This document shows, in pieces, positions 39,205-46,076 of a DNA stretch of 64,000 bases (the stretch's first letter is position 1; every line of letters starts with the position of its first letter). Position numbers and translations under genes: made by a program. The stretch spans positions 1 to 64,000 of IMG/VR virus record IMGVR_UViG_3300032242_000723; one strand, given 5' to 3'. The notes below the pieces were generated by a model, which ran no database searches, was not told the origin of the DNA, and was given only the letters and a program-made list of their open reading frames with translations.

Positions 39205-39796
39205 CCCAGTCATTGACCATACTTATGCGTTTCTTAAAAAGTCCTCTTACTTTTTGTATATTGATGTTATATTGTGTAGCAAAGTTAAGAGGGGTACAGT
39301 TGACCTCTTCACCAGTAACAGTATTCTTAAAATGATACTCAGTTCTGTTGTACCGAGAATTGTTTGACCCTGATTGATCTCTCTTGTTGAAGCTGGCCGC
39401 ATGTTCTGGAGGAAAGAACCGTCCCTTTCTCCACCCAATTGGTATTTCATCGTCCTGTTGTATCTTTTTGTTAGAGATGTCGTTAGTTATCCAAATCGTG
39501 CCATACATCGGATTTCTTTCACCTGTATTAGACAACTTAGCCAACCGCGACTTTTCTTCTGGTGAAATTTGCATCCGCCCCGCCATTATGAGGCATGCTT
39601 TATGATCGCCCTGTTCAAAATGAATGGCATAATGTTCTTTGATTGTTACACAGATTAGATTAGACAACTCGTTGTTGTTATGATTCCCATCTACATGATG
39701 GATTTCGTATGAGCGGCCTTCCTCGTCTTTAGGAATAGGTCCGAAATGATTCTCATATATTAAACGATGGTACTGGGTGCCGCAATAAATACACAT
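39194..39796 (-). CDS. Free-standing HNH homing endonuclease (HEG6)
   Basis: True start MCIYCGT at 39796; YEIHHVDGNHNNNELSNL; NPMYG..WITN...GWRKGR tail. Confidence 0.88.
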   Translation of the reverse strand: MCIYCGTQYHRLIYENHFGPIPKDEEGRSYEIHHVDGNHNNNELSNLICVTIKEHYAIHFEQGDHKACLIMAGRMQISPEEKSRLAKLSNTGERNPMYGTIWITNDISNKKIQQDDEIPIGWRKGRFFPPEHAASFNKRDQSGSNNSRYNRTEYHFKNTVTGEEVNCTPLNFATQYNINIQKVRGLFKKRISMVNDWVIA

Positions 39797-39864
39797 GCTG
39801 ATTGCTCCTTTAAGCATTAGAGTAGTTGGAGATTACCGTCTCGCGAACTACATCTGTATTTATC
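39797..39864 (-). promoter_or_regulatory. Conserved HEG leader, copy 6
   Basis: GATAAATA CAGAT GTAGTT CGC GAGA cggtaa TCTC C AACTAC TCTAA TGCT taaagg AGCA ATCAGC ATG. Confidence 0.85.
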
Positions 39865-39901
39865 TCTAAGAGATAAATACACTATACAAGGATACACATC
39901 T

Positions 39902-40342
39902 ATGCTCGCAGACAACTTGAAAGTACTACTGGGATCCACTTTCGCACTTTATACTAAAGTTCATGGTTTTCACTTCAATATAGAGGGAAGCGATTTCCCG
40001 CAATATCATGCGTTTTTCGGGGACTTCTATTCTGAAGTGTACGAAACTATTGATGAGATAGGTGAATATATCAGGTCATTAGATTCTTACTCACCAGGAA
40101 GTTTAGCACGGATGTTAGAGTTGAGCATCGTTGAAGAACAGTATAAGATTCCAAGAGCCGAACTTATGTTAGCAGAGTTGTTAGAAGATGTTGGCAAGAT
40201 GACCTCTCTTGTTACTGACATATTTGATGTTGCCACAAATGAGAGGGCACAAGGAATAGCCAACTACCTAGCAGAGTTACAGGATTTATATACTAAAAAA
40301 GCGTGGATGCTACGCAGCATCTTAAAATCACAAAGAGCGTAA
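39902..40342 (+). CDS. dps: Dps/ferritin-like protein
   Basis: KVHGFHFNIEGSDFPQYHAFFGDFY...DEIGEYIR...K.AWML; GATAAATA at 39872. Confidence 0.88.
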   Translation: MLADNLKVLLGSTFALYTKVHGFHFNIEGSDFPQYHAFFGDFYSEVYETIDEIGEYIRSLDSYSPGSLARMLELSIVEEQYKIPRAELMLAELLEDVGKMTSLVTDIFDVATNERAQGIANYLAELQDLYTKKAWMLRSILKSQRA

Positions 40343-40346
40343 TATA

Positions 40347-41396
40347 ATGAGAGCAACAGAGTTAAAAAAAGGGTTAAAGTTACCTAGAGTTCGCGTACCA
40401 GAGTTCGCACCAGAACCCGAACCAACTGTACTGCATAAGATGATGTCAGAGATGTTTAGATCAGTACTTGACGAAGATTCAGAAGCAATGGTAGCAGTTC
40501 GTGGTAGCCCATATGCAGACCAGCTTATCCAACGCATTCACAAAAATATGAACCTGTCTCACAAGTTAAAGTTCCAAGAAAAAGAAAGGATTCAATGGAA
40601 AGAGATCAAAGAAGTTGAACCTAACTTTGTTCTCATCGCAGGAACTACTGGTACTGCTGCGGTTAACTGGAACGGTGACAAATATACGGTAATCATGGCA
40701 AACGCTGAGGGCGTGACTAGAGGTAGTAACCCAAGTATCAATACATTAATGAATGACATCAAAGAAGGTATTGGTAAGCCAAAGAAGTTCTGGGAACCAG
40801 TAATGGTCAAAGACCCAAGTGAATATGACAACTACGAAAGACGCTTTGGTAAAGATGTTACACTGCCAACAACTGTTCGCCGATCCCGAACTGCTGCCCG
40901 AACACTTGACCCTAAGAAATCAACAGGTCTTGATCAAACTGGATTGTCTGGTGGCGATAATCTAGCAAAGTTGTTCACAAAGTTAAAACCATTAATGCTA
41001 AAATATCTAACCACAGCATTAGCAGATGTTAAGGGTGCAGCTGGAATCGCGATGAAAAATGATTCGTATCAAACTGCGAAAAAGAAACTTGATATTGCTG
41101 CAAAACTATCCGTTATGATAGAGCATTTATCTGATCCCGATATGTCTGATGGTTATGCTCGTAATAGCCAAGACGATTTGCTTAAGAACAAGATCCAACA
41201 TGCAGTCGTTATGGCGGCAAGTTATTATTATCCCGACGAAACTGGTGATGTCGAAGTTGGGTATAGCGGATCACTTAGACCACAGAGAAACTCCGGACCC
41301 AATCATGTAATAAATGATATCGCAAGTGGTGATAGCAAAAAGTTAGCAACTGTTATGGCATATCTAAAACAAGCATTCTTATACTCAAATAGGTAA
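40347..41396 (+). CDS. Hypothetical late protein (possible capsid cargo)
   Basis: MRATEL N-terminus; VLDE|D site after a short leader. Confidence 0.6.
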   Translation: MRATELKKGLKLPRVRVPEFAPEPEPTVLHKMMSEMFRSVLDEDSEAMVAVRGSPYADQLIQRIHKNMNLSHKLKFQEKERIQWKEIKEVEPNFVLIAGTTGTAAVNWNGDKYTVIMANAEGVTRGSNPSINTLMNDIKEGIGKPKKFWEPVMVKDPSEYDNYERRFGKDVTLPTTVRRSRTAARTLDPKKSTGLDQTGLSGGDNLAKLFTKLKPLMLKYLTTALADVKGAAGIAMKNDSYQTAKKKLDIAAKLSVMIEHLSDPDMSDGYARNSQDDLLKNKIQHAVVMAASYYYPDETGDVEVGYSGSLRPQRNSGPNHVINDIASGDSKKLATVMAYLKQAFLYSNR

Positions 41397-41400
41397 AAAC

Positions 41401-42975
41401 ATGAAACTTCGTAGAAAAATCACAGAAGCAAATATTGCTCCCAAAATACTAGCCGATCCTAGACAAACGAAAATGCTGGCTCTGGCAATGAGACATGATG
41501 AGACTATACCAAGACATAAAATCGCAAGATTAGGTCCCAGGGCAACAGACGCGGAATATGTTCAACTATGGAGTGAGATGCTAGATCAATCACTAGCAGA
41601 CACTAAGTATGGTGACTTGTCAAGAGACAATAAGTTTGATGCATGGTTAACACGATTATATCTAAATCATACTGCTAACTACGAAGATGTTAACGGTGAA
41701 GCTGGTGACGCATTAGGAGCGTGGAAGGCACTTAGCATTCGTGATTTATTAGAACCAAATGACCAAGACTTTAATAGGTTCACATCTCTTAATCAAATCC
41801 AGAAAATGGTTCGCAAACCTAAATATGCTAGAGAACTAAAAAGAATAGCAGATCAGGAAGTAATAGAAAAAGCCAAAAGAGATTCTAAACAGATTACTCT
41901 CATTGATGATGACCGTTTCAAAGTAGATGTTCCTCTTAATACTGGTTCATGCTATGTGTTTAACACTGCTGAAGGTGTAGACGCAACATATTGTACTGGT
42001 GCTAGCAGCCGTGAAACCTACTTCCCACAGTATTCTAGAAATGGACCAATCGTTCAAATCCTTGACAAGAAGAATATGAATGATGTAAAGGGCAAGTGGC
42101 AGATGCACACTGCTTCTAGCCAGCTTAAGCAAGCAGACCAAAGAAATCCTCAGGGGTCCGCAGCAGATAAAGAGTTTGCTGAGTTATTTCCTGGATTGAT
42201 GAAGAGAATCGCCAAAGAGTTAAACAGTAAGTCCGAAGAGTTAAAGACAAAATCTAGCGATATGGATATCGCTCGTGGTGGATGGAACATCGCGGAAGAA
42301 GTTTCACGCATCAAGTCAAAATACCCAGCTGCATATAATAGCAAGGCTGAGGGTGAAGAAGACGATGATGATGACATCTCACCAGGTCGTGCTTGGAAGA
42401 TATTACGATCGGGTAACTATACTGGCGAGACAGTTCGGGCCCCTGATCAGTCTGCTGCAATGCAAAAAGTGATTCGTAAGGTGCAGGCAAAACTTCCTAA
42501 TAATAGTGTTGGAGCTATCAACGCAATATACAGTGTAGAACCGTTACATGCCGATAGTGAATGGGCTATCGTAATCAATGGAACTACCAAAGAAGACGAG
42601 ATTATACGGGCCGGTACTGAATCAGAGGCTACCGAGTTGATGGTTCGTAGAGTTAAACAACTGTTTCCAAATGCTGATGAACAAACCATCAGAGAGCGAT
42701 GCGGTGTTTACCTTCGTGATGCTGGTCCGGCGAGACCAGCTGCTGCACAACAGGTTGCCGCACAGGATCGGGCACCTATACCTGCCGAAGATGAACCAGA
42801 GCAACAAGGTGACCAAAATCGTCAGTGGGAAGTAACTGACACCAGAACTGGTCGTAGGTTGGGAATAATATACAATGCACCGACCGCTATGTCGGCATTT
42901 GCTCAAATGCTTCAGGATCGTCGAATCGATTATGATCCTGAAAGATTTACAATGGTTCCGTACGAACCAAGATAA
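41401..42975 (+). CDS. Second PcfJ-like protein with extra modules
   Basis: MKLRRKITE|A; FDAWLTRLY; VDVPLNTGSC...YCTGAS...YFPQY...KWQMH; paralogous to 36861. Confidence 0.55.
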   Translation: MKLRRKITEANIAPKILADPRQTKMLALAMRHDETIPRHKIARLGPRATDAEYVQLWSEMLDQSLADTKYGDLSRDNKFDAWLTRLYLNHTANYEDVNGEAGDALGAWKALSIRDLLEPNDQDFNRFTSLNQIQKMVRKPKYARELKRIADQEVIEKAKRDSKQITLIDDDRFKVDVPLNTGSCYVFNTAEGVDATYCTGASSRETYFPQYSRNGPIVQILDKKNMNDVKGKWQMHTASSQLKQADQRNPQGSAADKEFAELFPGLMKRIAKELNSKSEELKTKSSDMDIARGGWNIAEEVSRIKSKYPAAYNSKAEGEEDDDDDISPGRAWKILRSGNYTGETVRAPDQSAAMQKVIRKVQAKLPNNSVGAINAIYSVEPLHADSEWAIVINGTTKEDEIIRAGTESEATELMVRRVKQLFPNADEQTIRERCGVYLRDAGPARPAAAQQVAAQDRAPIPAEDEPEQQGDQNRQWEVTDTRTGRRLGIIYNAPTAMSAFAQMLQDRRIDYDPERFTMVPYEPR

Positions 42976-43145
42976 TGGATATATCTGAACTCAAAAGACT
43001 TGCTGGTATAACAGATCACCGTGGTATGAGTACTGTCTCAGAACCCGTTAACCATGTCATATCTCGTCCTGGTACTGAAGAATGGTTCAAGCGTCCAGTG
43101 AATGACATGCAGATGCCAGCAGGTTTCAGAGGCCGCAAGAAATGA
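42975..43145 (+). CDS. Small peptide (56 aa, below the ORF-track cutoff)
   Basis: MDISELKRLAGITD...PGTEEWFKRP...GFRGRKK; coupled at both ends (TAATG, ATGA). Confidence 0.7.
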   Translation: MDISELKRLAGITDHRGMSTVSEPVNHVISRPGTEEWFKRPVNDMQMPAGFRGRKK

Positions 43146-44440
43146 GAGCGAATGAGTTCATAGTTGAAACTGATCTAGGCTTGTTAGAAGGCAAGAAGTT
43201 TCACAAGCTAAACTTAGAATCAATAGAAAAAAGATTCGGTGAAATTCATCTCGGCGGCGGAACCACATTAAAAAATCAAAAACTAATCAATTTCCTACAC
43301 AAAGCAAATCAACCGGAAAAAGTTTATGAATATATTTTGGTACAAAAGTTAGCCAAATTAAATGGTTCTACTTTGAACGAAAGCATTGATAGTACTGACG
43401 AAAATCTAAATCATTTGTTTGACAGATTTAACTCTTGCTCTTCTGGAAACAAGGTTAAAGTAGGTGATGATATTGCTGTACTTGAACTAGAAGCCATGCA
43501 TATTGGAAACGCATACAGTATAGAGTTGAGTGGATTTCTAAATCCTAAGGAAGTTATCGCTGCTGACAACAGATACATAAAAGTTATATCTGGCGAAACT
43601 TATCCTAGAATTAAAATAGAACAACTAAGTATGTGGAGGCAAGTAATCTTCTTTGATAGTAAAGAAAATGCTGAAAAATGCCTAACTTACATGAGTTTAT
43701 TATCTGGTAAATTGGGGGATTGGGATTTGTCTATTAATGTCCAACAAGATGCTACGGAAGGATTAGATGAAGGCTGGAAAGAAAAGGCCAAAGGTCTTGC
43801 AGCCGCCGGTGCTATCGCTTTCGCTGGTCAGGCCATCATGCCAAAAACTATTGAACCATCTCCTTACTCTGCTAGTGATTATCAACTGCCAAGAGTTACT
43901 CAAGAGATATTACAAAAAGTTAATGCTGCTATCCATACTCCACTTGCACTTGCACTAAGAAGAGAAGCATTTGTTGCAGGCATTGAAGGTGCAGAGTTAG
44001 CACAACTTATTGCACAATGCGCCCACGAGACTCAGAACTTTATGTCACTTGTTGAACACGGTGGAAGTCTTGACTTTAGACAATATGACATACGATACAA
44101 TCCACAGAAAGCCAAAATATTAGGCAACACTCAGCCAGGTGACGGTGCTCGGTATCATGGTCGCGGCTTCATTCAGTTGACTGGTCGTTATAACTACAAG
44201 AAAGCCGGAGAAGCCTTAGGTCTTCCACTTGAATCTCGTCCTGAACTATTAGAACGTCCTGATGTCGCGGCTAAGGTCGCAGTATGGTATTGGCAGAATA
44301 GAGTAGCACCTAAGGTTGATAACTTCAAAGACACTCGTGCTGTTACTAAGCCGATCAACTCTGGCCTCAGTGGGTTAAAAGATAGAGAAGACAAGTTCAA
44401 CGCTATTATGCAGATATTAAGCACACCGGTGACAAGATAA
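43142..44440 (+). CDS. Putative virion-borne GH19 muramidase polyprotein
   Basis: MRANEFIVE|T; after GLDE| a TM/signal-like AAAGAIAFAG segment; then AQCAHETQNF, RYHGRGFIQLTGRYNY, TKPINSG. Confidence 0.8.
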   Translation: MRANEFIVETDLGLLEGKKFHKLNLESIEKRFGEIHLGGGTTLKNQKLINFLHKANQPEKVYEYILVQKLAKLNGSTLNESIDSTDENLNHLFDRFNSCSSGNKVKVGDDIAVLELEAMHIGNAYSIELSGFLNPKEVIAADNRYIKVISGETYPRIKIEQLSMWRQVIFFDSKENAEKCLTYMSLLSGKLGDWDLSINVQQDATEGLDEGWKEKAKGLAAAGAIAFAGQAIMPKTIEPSPYSASDYQLPRVTQEILQKVNAAIHTPLALALRREAFVAGIEGAELAQLIAQCAHETQNFMSLVEHGGSLDFRQYDIRYNPQKAKILGNTQPGDGARYHGRGFIQLTGRYNYKKAGEALGLPLESRPELLERPDVAAKVAVWYWQNRVAPKVDNFKDTRAVTKPINSGLSGLKDREDKFNAIMQILSTPVTR

Positions 44441-44463
44441 TTACGATTTAGGTAAAATAACTA

Positions 44464-44492
44464 TTGACATCGGAAACGATGTTTGCTATAGT
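44464..44492 (+). promoter_or_regulatory. Sigma70-type promoter
   Basis: TTGACA-17nt-TATAGT (preceded by TGC); a late-type GATAAATA follows at 44522. Confidence 0.7.
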
Positions 44493-44546
44493 GAATCAAC
44501 AAGAGCATTTCGCTTCACTTTGATAAATAAAACAAAGGAATACAAC

Positions 44547-44849
44547 ATGAAGATCAACGAATTGCTAAACGAGTCGGCTCACGACGATTGGAACGATGAA
44601 GCAGAAGAAGTCATCGACCCTGATATGGACAAGATTCCACATATCGTGATGCAGTTTAAGAAGGCTCTTGATCTCGGTGGCCGTCATCCTATCGTCTTCC
44701 AAGACGGCAACAAGACTCTTATTCCTGCTAACCTTATCCGTCAGTTCATGAGCAAGTATGCTTCACTAAAGCCTTATCAGCGTGAAGAGTTGCAAGACAT
44801 CGTGTCTAAGAGCAAAGAAGCGTTCATGAATGTGCTCGGTCAAAACTAA
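44547..44849 (+). CDS. Small protein with a capsid-targeting-like N-terminus
   Basis: MKINELLNE|S at ATG 44547, SD AAAGGA. Confidence 0.7.
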   Translation: MKINELLNESAHDDWNDEAEEVIDPDMDKIPHIVMQFKKALDLGGRHPIVFQDGNKTLIPANLIRQFMSKYASLKPYQREELQDIVSKSKEAFMNVLGQN

Positions 44850-44917
44850 ACTATTTGTTGAATGAAATGGCGGCGAGTATTTCGTCGCCATTTCCATATC
44901 CAGTGATAAATACACTT

Positions 44918-45496
44918 ATGCTCGGTGATGAAATCATATTAGAATCCGCTGTATCGGACCTCGCAAAGAAGTTACCTTCTTTAGATAAGCACGATTATGA
45001 CACCATTGACACCTTAATGCGTAAGATTGCTTCAAAGCATCATATCACTGGTAAAGCATTACACGACTTGTTTATCAAGAAGTTTGACAGAACTCCTGAT
45101 GAATGGATCAAGGATAAACTTGACGAAGATAACGGTTCTGATCTTGACTTACAGAGTGAAGTAGACAAGTTTGTGGACTGGTCAGTGAAGAGATTACATA
45201 TCAAGAATAAGCCTGCTGTAGAACTCAGCATGGATACCGAAGAAGCACAAAATAATCATCACACAGGCGGACATGTTGACGGGGAAGACAGCATTTGGGT
45301 CTATGCTAAGAATCGTAATCTTGTGGACATACTCCGCACCGTATTTCACGAACTCGTACATGTGAGACAAGGTGAGCTTAATATGATTAAGCCAGGTTCC
45401 AGCTATCCAGGCAGTCCGATTGAAGTAATGGCAGATGCCTTAGCTGGCAAGTATATCAAGATATTTGGCGAGAAGAATCACCATATCTTCCAATAG
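44918..45496 (+). CDS. Zincin-like metallopeptidase with an N-terminal shared module
   Basis: MLGDEIILE|S; LRTVFHELVHVRQ (HExxH) with downstream E..ADA.A; GATAAATA at 44905. Confidence 0.72.
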   Translation: MLGDEIILESAVSDLAKKLPSLDKHDYDTIDTLMRKIASKHHITGKALHDLFIKKFDRTPDEWIKDKLDEDNGSDLDLQSEVDKFVDWSVKRLHIKNKPAVELSMDTEEAQNNHHTGGHVDGEDSIWVYAKNRNLVDILRTVFHELVHVRQGELNMIKPGSSYPGSPIEVMADALAGKYIKIFGEKNHHIFQ

Positions 45497-45514
45497 CTTT
45501 GGGTATACTTAGTG

Positions 45515-45543
45515 TTGACTTTAGGTATCATTGACATTATAGT
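45515..45543 (+). promoter_or_regulatory. Sigma70-type promoter
   Basis: TTGACT-17nt-TATAGT. Confidence 0.7.
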
Positions 45544-45572
45544 CAAAAGATAACTCATAAAGGATCAACACT

Positions 45573-45737
45573 ATGACTATTGAACAACTTCAAGAACAGT
45601 TGGACGCCGCTAAGGCTAAGTTATCGGCCATTCACAAGATTGCTGAAGATGCCCGCAATGGAGTTCATCCTGCTGATTGGCGTAAAGACTGGCAACGCAA
45701 TGAATGGACTAAGGTCCGCGATTTGGCTAATGTCTAA
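45573..45737 (+). CDS. Small hypothetical protein (54 aa)
   Basis: MTIEQLQEQLDAAKAKL...; SD AAAGGA, downstream of the promoter. Confidence 0.55.
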   Translation: MTIEQLQEQLDAAKAKLSAIHKIAEDARNGVHPADWRKDWQRNEWTKVRDLANV

Positions 45738-45767
45738 TATGTTTGGGAATACTACCCAAACAAAACC

Positions 45768-45796
45768 TTGACTCATCACTATACATACTATATACT
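45768..45796 (+). promoter_or_regulatory. Sigma70-type promoter for the replication operon
   Basis: TTGACT-17nt-TATACT. Confidence 0.75.
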
Positions 45797-45818
45797 ACAC
45801 AGACTAGAAGGAGTAAAC

Positions 45819-46076
45819 ATGTCTAGAGTATTTAATTCCGAAGCTAAGCTCAAGTTGGTACAAATCATCAATGAAGGCATGGGCGTTCTACAAGAGATTG
45901 AGACATTAAACGAAGGTCTTAACGACACTGTTAAGGCAATCGCAGAAGAACTTGAGATCAAGCCAAGCATTCTCAAGAAGGCGATCAAGGTTGCCCACAA
46001 GTCCCGCTTAAATGAGACCAACGACGAAAACGCTGAACTCAATAATATCTTGGAGACTGTTGGTCGTACTGATTAA
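45819..46076 (+). CDS. dsDNA-binding protein (T4 DsbA / GapR-like)
   Basis: 85 aa helical; I..L.E...D..K.IAEELEIKPSILKKAIK pattern; SD AAGGAG. Confidence 0.55.
   Translation: MSRVFNSEAKLKLVQIINEGMGVLQEIETLNEGLNDTVKAIAEELEIKPSILKKAIKVAHKSRLNETNDENAELNNILETVGRTD

Noticed and set aside
45580-45771. ORF-track 63-aa ORF with TTG start
   Set aside because: The overlapping frame 45573-45737 has an ATG, an SD and plausible helical composition, and is preferred.
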